DNA of 64,000 nt from NCBI GenBank assembly GCA_021775475.1, contig JAJFHS010000070.1, positions 29,234-93,233 of the forward strand, read 5' to 3'. Below the pieces are notes generated by a model that saw only the letters and a list, made by a program, of their open reading frames with translations, made no database searches and had not been told where the DNA came from. Shown piece after piece: positions 39,329 to 48,568 of this stretch (position 1 is the first letter of the stretch; each line of letters begins with the position of its first letter). The position numbers were made by a program, and so were the translations under genes. The DNA comes from Hyphomicrobiales bacterium (lineage in GTDB: Bacteria; Pseudomonadota; Alphaproteobacteria; Rhizobiales; JAJFHR01).

Positions 39329-42163
39329 TCAGCTATCGTCTGCAGGCGTCTCATCAGGACTTGTGCCCTCTTCGCCAGTGTTTTCACCGCCTTCATCTGT
39401 TTCATCGTCTTCCCCGGCATCACTGACGCGGGAGACGGAAACGACTTTTTCATCGTCAGCAGTATCAAAAACCGTAACGCCCTGGGTGCTGCGGCCGAGC
39501 AGGGAAATATGCTGTACCGGGCAGCGGATAAGCTGACCGCCATCGGTTACCAGCATGATCTGATCACTTTCCTCAACCGGGAAAGAGGCAACCAGATCGC
39601 CATTGCGGTTATTGGTGACCATGGCGATAATGCCTTTGCCACCGCGACCCGATGCGCGGTACTCATATGTAGATGTGCGTTTGCCGTAACCATTTTCCGA
39701 TATCGACAGGACAAACTGTTCAGCTGCACCCAACTCGATGTAACGTTCAGGTGAAATGGCAATGTCTTCACTTTCACCACCACCGTCTTCATCGGGCTCT
39801 TCTGTCTCATTGTCGGTCTGATCGTCGCCTTCTTCTATGCCTTCCATGGCGCGGCGCTGTTTTAGGTAGGCAATTCGTTCGCCTGGCTCTGCGTCCATAT
39901 GGCGGATGACACACATGGAGATGACCTGATCATCCTTAGCTAACCTGATACCGCGCACACCGGTTGAGTTTCTGCCGACAAATACGCGTATGGCGGTAAC
40001 GGGAAAGCGGATACAGCGGCCTTTGGCGGTGGTCAGCAGGATGTCGTCATCCTCGGTACAGATATGGACATCCACCAGCACATCATCTTCATCAAGCTTC
40101 ATGGCAATCTTGCCATTGCGGTTGACTTGGGTGAAGTCAGACAGATCATTGCGCCGGGCACCGCCACTGCGCGTTGAGAACATCACGTGCAGGTCGCCCC
40201 ATTGTGCCTCATCTTCAGGCAGCGGCATGATGGTGGTGATGGTTTCGCCTTGTTCCAGCGGCAGCAGATTGATCATGGCTTTGCCAAGTGATGTGGGCGA
40301 GCCAACCGGCAGACGCCAGACTTTCATCTTGTAAACGATGCCTTTGGAGGAGAAAAACAGGATGGGCGTGTGGGTATTGGCAACAAACAGGCGGGAAACG
40401 AAATCTTCTCCGCGTGTTGACATGCCCGAGCGCCCCTTGCCGCCACGACGCTGGGCGCGGTAGGTCGAAAGCGGCACACGCTTGATGTAACCCTTGTGGC
40501 TAACCGTCACCACCATGTCTTCGCGCTGGATCAGGTCTTCGTCTTCAACACCAAATTCGGCATCAATCAATTCAGTGCGGCGCGGATCGGCAAATTCCTC
40601 GCGGATTTCGAGCAAATCTTCGCGGATAATACTCATCACCCGGGCGCGTGAGCGCAGAATATCGAGATAATCCTCAATGTAGCCACCAAGTTCAGACAAT
40701 TCTTTGCCGATTTCGTCACGACCAAGCGCGGTCAGGCGGGCCAGACGCAACTCTAAGATGGCGCGTGCTTGAGTCTCGGAAAGACGGTACGTACCATCTT
40801 CACGGATCTTGTGGCGCGGATCATCAATCAGCAGCAATAGGGATTCAACGTCGCGTGCGGGCCAGTAGCGTTCCATCAATTGCGCGCGCGCAGTAGCAGG
40901 GTCCGGTGCCTTGCGGATCAAAACAATAATTTCGTCAATATTGGCAACGGCAATGGCGAGACCAACCAGAATATGGGCGCGTTCGCGCGCCTTGTTGAGC
41001 AGGAATTTTGTACGCCGGGTAATAACTTCTTCGCGAAAAGCCACGAAAGCCGTGATCATGTCCAGGATGTTCATGACTTCAGGGCGGCCGGAATTCAACG
41101 CCACCATATTGCAACCAAATGAGGTCTGCAGATTGGAAAAGCGATAAAGCTGGTTCAACACCACGTCAGCAACAGCATCGCGCTTTAATTCAATGACCAT
41201 GCGCATGCCATCGCGGTCACTTTCATCGCGGATATCACTGATGCCCTCAACGCGCTTGTCACGCACCAGTTCGGCAATTTTTTCAATCAACGTGGATTTG
41301 TTTACCTGAAACGGAATTTCGGTAACAACCAGCGCTTCACGATCCTTGCGAATGATCTCGGTGGTAACGCGCGCGCGCATAATGACCGAGCCACGACCGG
41401 TATGAAAGGCTGACTTGATGCCTGCACGACCAAGAATGAAACCGCCGGTGGGAAAATCCGGGCCGGGAACGATTTCCATGATGTCGTCAATACTGAGAGC
41501 CGGATTGTCAATATAGGCCACACTGGCATCAATGATTTCGCCGAGATTATGCGGCGGAATATTGGTGGCCATACCCACAGCAATGCCACTGGCACCATTG
41601 ACCAGAAGATTTGGAAAACGCGCAGGTAGTACTTTGGGCTCGGTTTCGGAATTATCATAATTGGGAGTGAAATCGACCGTGTCCTTGTCAAGATCACTCA
41701 TCAAGGCATGCGCCGGTTTGCCCATGCGTACTTCGGTATAACGCATGGCGGCCGGTGGATCACCGTCAACCGAGCCAAAGTTGCCCTGGCCATCGAGCAA
41801 GACAAAACGCAAGGAGAAATCTTGTGCCATGCGCACCAGTGCATCATAAATCGACTGGTCACCATGGGGGTGATATTTACCAATCACATCACCGACAACA
41901 CGGGCTGATTTTCTGTAAGCCTTGTTCCAGTCGTAGCCGTTTTCATGCATGGAATAAAGAATGCGGCGATGAACCGGCTTCAACCCGTCGCGCACATCGG
42001 GCAACGCACGCGAGACGATGACGCTCATGGCATAATCGAGATAAGACTTTTTCATCTCATCAACAATGGAGACCGGACTTACGTCACTATCAACGGGCCC
42101 CTCGCCGCCGGGATTGCCCTCACCGGACGGTGTTGGCGGTGTGGTATCATCTTGATCTGGCAA
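39329..42163 (-). CDS. gyrA: DNA gyrase subunit A
   Basis: 944 aa. [19 protein letters not shown] (QRDR), [10 protein letters not shown] (active-site Tyr), a beta-pinwheel CTD, and an acidic insert and acidic C-terminal tail. Confidence 0.98.
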   Translation of the reverse strand: MPDQDDTTPPTPSGEGNPGGEGPVDSDVSPVSIVDEMKKSYLDYAMSVIVSRALPDVRDGLKPVHRRILYSMHENGYDWNKAYRKSARVVGDVIGKYHPHGDQSIYDALVRMAQDFSLRFVLLDGQGNFGSVDGDPPAAMRYTEVRMGKPAHALMSDLDKDTVDFTPNYDNSETEPKVLPARFPNLLVNGASGIAVGMATNIPPHNLGEIIDASVAYIDNPALSIDDIMEIVPGPDFPTGGFILGRAGIKSAFHTGRGSVIMRARVTTEIIRKDREALVVTEIPFQVNKSTLIEKIAELVRDKRVEGISDIRDESDRDGMRMVIELKRDAVADVVLNQLYRFSNLQTSFGCNMVALNSGRPEVMNILDMITAFVAFREEVITRRTKFLLNKARERAHILVGLAIAVANIDEIIVLIRKAPDPATARAQLMERYWPARDVESLLLLIDDPRHKIREDGTYRLSETQARAILELRLARLTALGRDEIGKELSELGGYIEDYLDILRSRARVMSIIREDLLEIREEFADPRRTELIDAEFGVEDEDLIQREDMVVTVSHKGYIKRVPLSTYRAQRRGGKGRSGMSTRGEDFVSRLFVANTHTPILFFSSKGIVYKMKVWRLPVGSPTSLGKAMINLLPLEQGETITTIMPLPEDEAQWGDLHVMFSTRSGGARRNDLSDFTQVNRNGKIAMKLDEDDVLVDVHICTEDDDILLTTAKGRCIRFPVTAIRVFVGRNSTGVRGIRLAKDDQVISMCVIRHMDAEPGERIAYLKQRRAMEGIEEGDDQTDNETEEPDEDGGGESEDIAISPERYIELGAAEQFVLSISENGYGKRTSTYEYRASGRGGKGIIAMVTNNRNGDLVASFPVEESDQIMLVTDGGQLIRCPVQHISLLGRSTQGVTVFDTADDEKVVSVSRVSDAGEDDETDEGGENTGEEGTSPDETPADDS

Positions 42164-42517
42164 GTGAGCCTCTTAAATTTCAAGCCGGATTGAACGCAGG
42201 CTTTATCAGTTGTTTTTTACAGTGATCACAGGTTGAAAATTCAATAAAATTCTCAACTAAAACAATTGTTTATGTATGATCAGAATTCCATTTACACTTA
42301 TACCCGATTCCCGGTGGGCAGAGCAACCAATTTAGGGTTTTTAATTCCCTTATTTTCTATTTGTTTTCAATACCTTAGAAAGTATTCACAGCTTATTTTC
42401 AAACCTGTGCACAGAAATTGCGCACAAATGGTAAATTGCATGAATTCCCAAGCCGTTAACAATGCTATGGATAAGACAACACAGTGCTGTTTTTGGGGCT
42501 TAAATCAGGAGAGTGGC

Positions 42518-43147
42518 ATGACACCCGAATTGATCATTTCAATCTTTGTTACCTTGCTGGTGACCATTGACCCGTTGGGAATTGTGCCGATTTTCGTTTC
42601 TTTGACCGTTGGCATGACGCCCCGGCAAAAACGTACCGTGGCCATTCGCTCGTCTGTCATTGCACTGGTGGTTTTGTCCGTCTTCGCATTGTTTGGTGAA
42701 AAAGTCCTCGGCGTCCTTGGCATCACCCTGCCCGCTTTTCGAACCGCTGGCGGGTTGATGTTATTGTGGATCGGGTTTGAAATGGTGTTTGAAAAGCGCG
42801 AGGAACGTAAATCCGCCACCGCCGAGCGCGCCGTCTCAGACAAACACGTCAATGACGTTGCAGCTTTCCCGCTGGCCATACCGCTGATGGCCGGTCCCGG
42901 CGCCATAACAGCCACCATGCTGATTGCCGCAAAGTCTGACGGAAACTGGATTGTTCTGGGCACGCTTATAGGTATTATCGCGATACTGCTGCTGATCTGT
43001 ACCGCAATATTTGTCCTGTCAGGGCGCATAGAAAACCTGATCGGAGAAACAGGCCGTATCGTACTCTCACGGCTTCTGGGCGTCATCCTCGCAGCTCTCG
43101 CAGTGCAGTATATTGCCGATGGCATTATACAACTGGCGCGCGCTTAA
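42518..43147 (+). CDS. MarC-family (UPF0056) membrane protein
   Basis: MTPELIISIFVTLLVTIDPLGIVPIF... 210 aa from ATG 42518, preceded by AGGAGAG. The track ORF's 84-aa N-terminal extension lies in an AT-rich intergenic region. Confidence 0.85.
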   Translation: MTPELIISIFVTLLVTIDPLGIVPIFVSLTVGMTPRQKRTVAIRSSVIALVVLSVFALFGEKVLGVLGITLPAFRTAGGLMLLWIGFEMVFEKREERKSATAERAVSDKHVNDVAAFPLAIPLMAGPGAITATMLIAAKSDGNWIVLGTLIGIIAILLLICTAIFVLSGRIENLIGETGRIVLSRLLGVILAALAVQYIADGIIQLARA

Positions 43148-43157
43148 AAGTGGCGTA

Positions 43158-43545
43158 TTTTTAGTGGCGCTCAAGCGGCGCGCAGCCTGCGGGCCCGTTG
43201 GGCCCTAGTCCAACGCTTCGCTCGTCCGGGTGCTTTACGGATAATTCCTCAGTTGGTCTCCGGGTGCCTTACCAATAATCCGTCAGTTGGTCCTTGCTGG
43301 AAGGGGTTTGTAATCCCTTTCGGAATTTTCATGCCTATGTTGCTGCAGGCTCAGTTTTCAGCAACCCTCTTTAACATCCTATATCAATTCACCAAACGCA
43401 GGTTCGGGAACGTTCAGGAAGGGGGTACAAACCCATTCCTGCAATGGGAAGGGGATTTATCATTGTGGCACCCGGAGGAGCGTAAGCGAACGACTAACGA
43501 GCGACCGCGAGTGCAGGCTGCGCGCCGCTTGAGCGCCGCTAAAAA
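43158..43545. repeat. about 390-bp imperfect palindromic, MITE-like element with 33-bp terminal inverted repeats
   Basis: 43158-43190 TTTTTAGTGGCGCTCAAGCGGCGCGCAGCCTGC is the reverse complement of 43513-43545 with 1 mismatch. Further imperfect pairing runs inward. An internal 2 x 34-bp tandem repeat lies at 43225-43292. No coding capacity is credible. Confidence 0.6.
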
Positions 43546-43574
43546 CCCGCTAAAAACCCAAGTTTTTAGCGGGG
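43541..43574 (-). terminator. intrinsic terminator of the 43566-43940 gene
   Basis: Stem CCCGCTAAAAAC (43546-43557) pairs with GTTTTTAGCGGG (43562-43573) around a 4-nt loop. On the minus strand it is followed by TTTTT (43545-43541). The stop codon lies inside the stem. Confidence 0.6.
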
Positions 43575-43940
43575 CACTTTAACCATTATTTCCTTGCCAC
43601 CATATTTATGTACGCTGTCATGGGCGCGTATGGTGACGGTGGTTAAGTCTGCCGGGATTTTTACTCCCGAAAGACTGCGGGTGAAAGGTTGTTCGTTTTC
43701 ATGGGGATGAACAAGGACCCGCTTGCCTAAAATATTGCCGTTATTATCAAGCACTTCCCAGGCATCAGCGTAATGTTTCCAGCCGGTGTCGGCATGTTTG
43801 ACAGCGACATCAAAGCTGTAACCGCCGCTGGAAGACTGCGATATATTAACGTCAACGACGTCGGCCTCGCCAGCATTGGCGTTGGTTGCCAGTATCGCGC
43901 CAGCGATAAGAACAACTGGTATTGTAAAGAGATTTTTCAT
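43566..43940 (-). CDS. small secreted protein of unknown function (His-rich beta-type domain)
   Basis: From ATG 43940: MKNLFTIPVVLIAGAILATNANA|GEADVV... is a signal peptide. The mature ~100 aa contains KHADTGWKHYADAWEV and LVHPHENEQPFTR. I recognise no family. The track start at 43976 is a TTG. Confidence 0.6.
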   Translation of the reverse strand: MKNLFTIPVVLIAGAILATNANAGEADVVDVNISQSSSGGYSFDVAVKHADTGWKHYADAWEVLDNNGNILGKRVLVHPHENEQPFTRSLSGVKIPADLTTVTIRAHDSVHKYGGKEIMVKVPR

Positions 43941-43999
43941 CGCCAGAGTTAAGCAACCTTCGTCTGCCCCCGTCAAGACACAAGAGATTGATTACAAGA

Positions 44000-44752
44000 T
44001 CAAAAGGCAGAAATAATGGCCATGAAGCCCGAGGCTATCAATACGGCTAAAATAAGCATTGTGAAGGTTTTGGGATCAATTTTGTTCGACACCCTGTCGC
44101 CCAACAATGTACCGATATAAGCAGCCGGTGCCAGGGCTATGGCCCACATCCAGGTGGTGGCATCGATACCCACCAGCACGGCTTGAGCGAGAAGTCCGAA
44201 TGAATAGCCAAACAGGAAAAGACCGAAAATAGCTGAACGCGTCGCCTGCTTGGTGGTGTGCAGGTAGGTGAGGTAAAGGGCAACAGCTGGACCCGTCATG
44301 CCAAGGGTGGTGGTCATGATGCCGGTGGCAACCCCAATACTTAAATCAATGCCAAGAGGTCCAGATGGTGAAGCGTTCCCCTGCCCGGTGCGCTCTTTGC
44401 CGGTGGCCAGCAGATAAAGCGCCAGAGCAGTTACGATGATACCGGCTCCCAGTTTAAGTGAAGTGACATCTGCAAGGCGATAGATCTCAATGCCGATGAA
44501 GGCGCCAACGGCATTGCCGATAATCAGGCGCACCAACAAAGGTTTGGGAAAGTGTTGATAGATTTTCGGTAAAATCGCAATGGCGGTGACCAGGGTAACA
44601 AAAATAATCACCTGAACCGCAATGACTGAATTAAAAACCGTGAGAAAAATCGGCGTGACAAAAAGCGCAAAACCAATGCCCACAGCCCCTTGCACCAGGG
44701 CTGCAACAAAAGTCACGGCTGATAATAACAACAGTTGATCAATTTCCATCAC
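44000..44752 (-). CDS. TauE/SafE-family (DUF81) anion exporter
   Basis: 250 aa, 7-8 TM, AALVQGAVGIGFALFVTPIF and a duplicated 4-TM layout. Confidence 0.85.
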   Translation of the reverse strand: MMEIDQLLLLSAVTFVAALVQGAVGIGFALFVTPIFLTVFNSVIAVQVIIFVTLVTAIAILPKIYQHFPKPLLVRLIIGNAVGAFIGIEIYRLADVTSLKLGAGIIVTALALYLLATGKERTGQGNASPSGPLGIDLSIGVATGIMTTTLGMTGPAVALYLTYLHTTKQATRSAIFGLFLFGYSFGLLAQAVLVGIDATTWMWAIALAPAAYIGTLLGDRVSNKIDPKTFTMLILAVLIASGFMAIISAF

Positions 44753-44794
44753 ACATCCATTAATCAGCTCTCACAATTCGTCATTCCCGTGCTA

Positions 44795-44885
44795 CTTCTT
44801 CGTCATTCCCGCGCAGGCGGGAATCTGCTGCCGGTACTTTCCGGACTGACAGAAGATTCCCGCCTGCGCGGGAATGACGAAGAAG
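44795..44885. repeat. nested palindromic REP-like element (ATTCCCGC-N4-GCGGGAAT cores) downstream of ssb
   Basis: 44795-44830 CTTCTTCGTCATTCCCGCGCAGGCGGGAATCTGCTG is the reverse complement of 44850-44885 with 1 mismatch. Each arm is itself a palindrome. The centre has CCGGTACTTTCCGG. A partial extra copy TTCGTCATTCCCGTGC lies at 44778-44793. Confidence 0.7.
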
Positions 44886-44920
44886 ATAAATCTGATTGTT
44901 CGAATACTAGGGTCAACCCC

Positions 44921-45415
44921 CTAAAACGGCACTTCGTCATCAAGTTCCTGGGAGAAGTTTTGTGAATCACCGCCGGATTGAGAGGATTGGGCTGGTTGTG
45001 ACATCGGGCTCGACTGGCCGAAATTGCCGCCTGATGCATAATCACCGCCGCCCTGACCACCACTGCGGCCATCGAGCATAGTAAGAGTTGAATTAAAGCC
45101 TTGCAGAACAACTTCAGTAGAATATTTGTCCTGACCGGACTTGTCCGTCCATTTTCGGGTCTGCAACGCCCCTTCGAGATAGACCTTGGAGCCTTTTTTA
45201 AGATATTGCTCGACAATCCGGCACAGGCCTTCATTAAAAATCACCACACGATGCCATTCGGTGCGTTCGCGGCGCTCGCCGGTCGATTTGTCGCGCCAGC
45301 TTTCGGAAGTGGCAATACTTAAGTTGGCGATAGGTCTGCCATCCTGGGTGCTGCGCATTTCCGGGTCCGCACCCAAATTGCCAACCAAAATTACCTTGTT
45401 CACTGATCCCGCCAT
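44921..45415 (-). CDS. ssb: single-stranded DNA-binding protein
   Basis: [21 protein letters not shown], an OB fold, a Gly/Ser/Gln-rich linker, and the C-terminal acidic tip DDEVPF. Confidence 0.95.
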   Translation of the reverse strand: MAGSVNKVILVGNLGADPEMRSTQDGRPIANLSIATSESWRDKSTGERRERTEWHRVVIFNEGLCRIVEQYLKKGSKVYLEGALQTRKWTDKSGQDKYSTEVVLQGFNSTLTMLDGRSGGQGGGDYASGGNFGQSSPMSQPAQSSQSGGDSQNFSQELDDEVPF

Positions 45416-45560
45416 GTTATTGGCCTTTCCTGTATTGTCCTTGCGGCTGAATTATCAAACCCACACACCTGTTAGTGGTACACTACCTGATTGCGATCCC
45501 CTGCTCTAGCAACCAGCCGGTTTATCCACAATAGGCTTTGGGTGATTGCCTTTTTAGATT

Positions 45561-45575
45561 GTTCCTGTTATGTTC
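45561..45575. promoter_or_regulatory. alphaproteobacterial-type LexA (SOS) box GTTC-N7-GTTC in the ssb/uvrA divergent region
   Basis: GTTCCTGTTATGTTC is an exact match to GTTC-N7-GTTC. It lies about 80 bp upstream of the uvrA ATG. ssb and uvrA are classic SOS genes. Confidence 0.55.
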
Positions 45576-45620
45576 TTTTGGTTGAATTAGTCGATTTGCT
45601 GGTGTTATCTACTTTCTTTT

Positions 45621-45635
45621 GTTTGTGTTTTGTTC
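45621..45635. promoter_or_regulatory. second, imperfect SOS-box-like direct repeat
   Basis: GTTTGTGTTTTGTTC is GTTt-N7-GTTC (one mismatch), about 20 bp upstream of the uvrA start. Confidence 0.3.
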
Positions 45636-45654
45636 CTGATTGATATATCCCCCT

Positions 45655-48552
45655 ATGATGGCTAAAAAATCGGATCAAAAGTTCATCTCGGTCAGGGGTG
45701 CGCGCGAACATAATCTCAAGAATATCGATATTGACCTGCCGCGTGACAAGCTGGTGGTGATTACCGGTCTGTCGGGTTCGGGAAAATCATCGCTGGCGTT
45801 TGATACGATTTATGCCGAGGGCCAGCGGCGGTATGTGGAATCGCTGTCAGCTTATGCCCGCCAGTTCCTTGAGATGATGCAAAAACCTGATGTGGACCAG
45901 ATAGACGGTCTGTCTCCGGCAATTTCGATTGAGCAAAAAACCACGTCACGCAATCCGCGCTCGACCGTTGGCACGGTCACCGAAATCTACGATTATATGC
46001 GATTGTTGTTTGCCCGCGTCGGCATCCCCTATTCGCCCACCACCGGCCTGCCGATTGAAAGCCAGTCGATCAGCCAAATGGTTGACCGCACGCTGGCACT
46101 GGAAGAAAAAACCCGGGTCTATCTTCTCGCACCCATAGCGCGCGGTCGCAAAGGAGAATTTCGCAAGGAATTCGCTGATCTGCAAAAGCGTGGATTTCAG
46201 CGGGTAAAGGTCGATGGTGATTTTTTTGAACTTGAAGACGTGCCAACTCTGGATAAAAAGTTCAAACACGATATTGATGTTGTCGTCGACCGGCTGGTTT
46301 TAGGCGGTGATCTGGCCGGACGTCTTGCCGACAGTTTTGAAACCGCACTTGAACTTGCCGATGGCCTCGCGGTGATTGAGTTTGCCGACAAGGTTGATAA
46401 AAAAGGCAAGCCTGAGCGTATCATATTTTCGGCCCGCTTTGCTTGCCCGGTTTCCGGCTTCACCATCGAAGAAATTGAACCGCGCCTGTTCTCCTTCAAC
46501 AACCCTTTTGGTGCCTGTCCCGCCTGCGATGGTCTCGGCGTTGAATTGCAATTTGAAGCTGAACTTGTGGTGCCCAACGAAAAGCTTTCTCTGGCAAAGG
46601 GTGCTGTGGCTCCCTGGGCCAAAACCGGCAGCACATCGCCTTATTATGCCCAGACGCTCGAAGCTATTGCAGCACATTATTCGGTATCAATGTCAACACC
46701 GTGGGCTGAATTGCCGGAACAGGTTCGTCAGGTGGTATTATTTGGCTCGGACACAGAAGAAATCAGCTTCACCTATGACGATGGCGTGCGGCGTTATACC
46801 AATGAAAAACCGTTTGAAGGTGTCGTTAATAATATCGAACGGCGCTGGCGCGAAACCGAATCAAACTGGGTGCGTGATGAGCTGTCGCGGTTTCAATCAG
46901 AACATGCCTGCAGCCGCTGCAAAGGCTATCGTTTAAAACCCGAAGCCATGGCGGTAAAGCTCGACAACAGGCATGTGGGCGAGATATCGCAATTTTCGAT
47001 TATGGGCGCGCAAAACTGGTTTGAACAATTACCTGAGAGCCTGAGCGCCAAGCAAAATGAAATTGCCGGGCGTATCCTCAAGGAAATTCGCGAGCGCCTC
47101 AATTTTCTCAATGATGTCGGCTTGGGTTATCTCACGCTATCGCGAAAATCCGGCACGCTTTCGGGCGGTGAAAGCCAGCGCATCCGTCTTGCCAGCCAGA
47201 TTGGCTCAGGACTTACCGGTGTTTTATACGTGCTAGACGAGCCCTCTATTGGCCTGCATCAGCGCGACAATGCCCGATTGCTCGAAACCCTCAAACACCT
47301 GCGTGAACTTGGCAATACGGTGCTGGTGGTTGAACATGATGAGGAAGCCATTATGGCGGCTGACTTTGTCGTCGACATGGGACCGGCGGCAGGCATGCAT
47401 GGCGGAGAAATTGTGGCCTCGGGCACACCTGAACAGGTGATGAGATCGACCAAAAGTCTCACCGGGCAATATCTAACCGGCTTGATCCAGATACCCACAC
47501 CGCCTCATCGACGGAAAATCACCAAGAGCCGAATAATAAAGATTGTCGGAGCCCGCTCCAATAATCTTAAAAACATCTCGGCCGAAATTCCCCTTGGCAC
47601 TTTTACTTGCGTTACCGGGGTATCAGGTGGTGGCAAATCCACCCTGCTGATTGATACGCTGTACAAGGCGACAGCACGGGCTTTGAACAATGCACGTGCG
47701 CATCCCGGTGAACATGATCACATCGAAGGTTTGCAACACCTTGACAAGATAATTGATATTGACCAATCCCCCATTGGCCGCACACCGCGTTCCAATCCGG
47801 CAACTTACACCGGCGCCTTTACGCCTATTCGCGAATGGTACGTGGAATTGCCCGAGGCGCGCAGCCGCGGCTATAAACCGGGACGGTTTTCGTTCAACGT
47901 CAAGGGCGGGCGCTGTGAAGCGTGCAAGGGCGACGGGGTGATAAAAATCGAGATGCATTTTTTACCGGATGTTTATGTCACCTGTGATCAATGCCGGGGC
48001 AAGCGCTATAATCGCGAAACGCTGGAGATAAAATTTCGCGGCAAATCAATCGCCGACGTACTCGACATGACGGTTGAGGAAGGTGCGGAGTTTTTCAAAG
48101 CGGTGCCGACCATTCGCGAAAAACTGGTGACCCTGAAGCGCGTTGGTCTTGGTTATATCAAGGTTGGGCAACAGGCTAACACATTGTCGGGCGGTGAAGC
48201 GCAGCGGGTTAAACTTGCCAAGGAGCTGGCAAAACGTGCCACCGGCAGAACGCTCTACATCCTCGATGAACCAACAACGGGGCTGCATTTTCATGATGTC
48301 GCCAAATTGCTGGAGGTACTGCATGAACTGGTTGATCAGGGTAACTCTGTTGTGGTGATTGAACATAATCTTGAAGTCATCAAGACTGCTGACTGGATCC
48401 TTGACCTTGGTCCCGAAGGCGGTGATGGTGGCGGTGAACTGGTGGCAGCTGGCACGCCGGAAGCTGTGGCAAAAGTCAAACGCAGCTATACCGGGCAGTA
48501 TCTGAAAGATATCCTGTCTAAAAAGAACCGGCCCTCGCAGGCGGCTGAATAA
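45655..48552 (+). CDS. uvrA: excinuclease ABC subunit A
   Basis: [14 protein letters not shown] and [10 protein letters not shown] Walker A motifs, two LSGGE signatures, and CxxC zinc modules. I chose the start at ATG 45655 (or 45658). The track begins at a TTG at 45640. Confidence 0.98.
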   Translation: MMAKKSDQKFISVRGAREHNLKNIDIDLPRDKLVVITGLSGSGKSSLAFDTIYAEGQRRYVESLSAYARQFLEMMQKPDVDQIDGLSPAISIEQKTTSRNPRSTVGTVTEIYDYMRLLFARVGIPYSPTTGLPIESQSISQMVDRTLALEEKTRVYLLAPIARGRKGEFRKEFADLQKRGFQRVKVDGDFFELEDVPTLDKKFKHDIDVVVDRLVLGGDLAGRLADSFETALELADGLAVIEFADKVDKKGKPERIIFSARFACPVSGFTIEEIEPRLFSFNNPFGACPACDGLGVELQFEAELVVPNEKLSLAKGAVAPWAKTGSTSPYYAQTLEAIAAHYSVSMSTPWAELPEQVRQVVLFGSDTEEISFTYDDGVRRYTNEKPFEGVVNNIERRWRETESNWVRDELSRFQSEHACSRCKGYRLKPEAMAVKLDNRHVGEISQFSIMGAQNWFEQLPESLSAKQNEIAGRILKEIRERLNFLNDVGLGYLTLSRKSGTLSGGESQRIRLASQIGSGLTGVLYVLDEPSIGLHQRDNARLLETLKHLRELGNTVLVVEHDEEAIMAADFVVDMGPAAGMHGGEIVASGTPEQVMRSTKSLTGQYLTGLIQIPTPPHRRKITKSRIIKIVGARSNNLKNISAEIPLGTFTCVTGVSGGGKSTLLIDTLYKATARALNNARAHPGEHDHIEGLQHLDKIIDIDQSPIGRTPRSNPATYTGAFTPIREWYVELPEARSRGYKPGRFSFNVKGGRCEACKGDGVIKIEMHFLPDVYVTCDQCRGKRYNRETLEIKFRGKSIADVLDMTVEEGAEFFKAVPTIREKLVTLKRVGLGYIKVGQQANTLSGGEAQRVKLAKELAKRATGRTLYILDEPTTGLHFHDVAKLLEVLHELVDQGNSVVVIEHNLEVIKTADWILDLGPEGGDGGGELVAAGTPEAVAKVKRSYTGQYLKDILSKKNRPSQAAE

Positions 48553-48568
48553 TTCAAGGAAAACCAAA

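Noticed and set aside
39329-39800. Acidic insert and acidic C-terminal tail in GyrA as something unusual
   Set aside because: Acidic C-terminal tails and CTD insertions are common in proteobacterial GyrA, so this is not distinctive without comparative data.
42505-43125. 206-aa minus-strand ORF opposite marC
   Set aside because: It is Ser/Pro/Arg/Ala-rich with no features. The plus-strand frame gives a clean MarC-family membrane protein.
43253-43582. 109-aa ORF running through the palindromic element
   Set aside because: It is made entirely of the inverted-repeat DNA and reads through the neighbouring terminator into the convergent gene. It has no RBS, so it is almost certainly an artefact of the repeat.
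43148-43582. Possibility that the long inverted repeats mark a retron msr/msd or another RT-associated ncRNA
   Set aside because: No reverse transcriptase or effector gene is adjacent on either side. The neighbours are marC and a small secreted ORF. The 33-bp TIR plus whole-length palindromy fits a MITE or hairpin better than the a1/a2 stems of a retron.
44735-45234. ORFs 44735-44965 (+) and 44803-45234 (-) spanning the REP-like palindrome and ssb
   Set aside because: Their '...RHSRAGGNL...RLRGNDE...' type translations are the known signature of translating this kind of palindromic repeat. The second is out of frame within ssb.
45522-45530. Perfect DnaA-box 9-mer TTATCCACA between ssb and uvrA, with gyrA nearby; possible oriC?
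   Set aside because: There is only one box and no cluster of boxes. There is no AT-rich DUE with 13-mer-like repeats, and no hemE, dnaA, dnaN or parAB neighbourhood. A single perfect 9-mer is expected by chance about once every one or two windows of this size.
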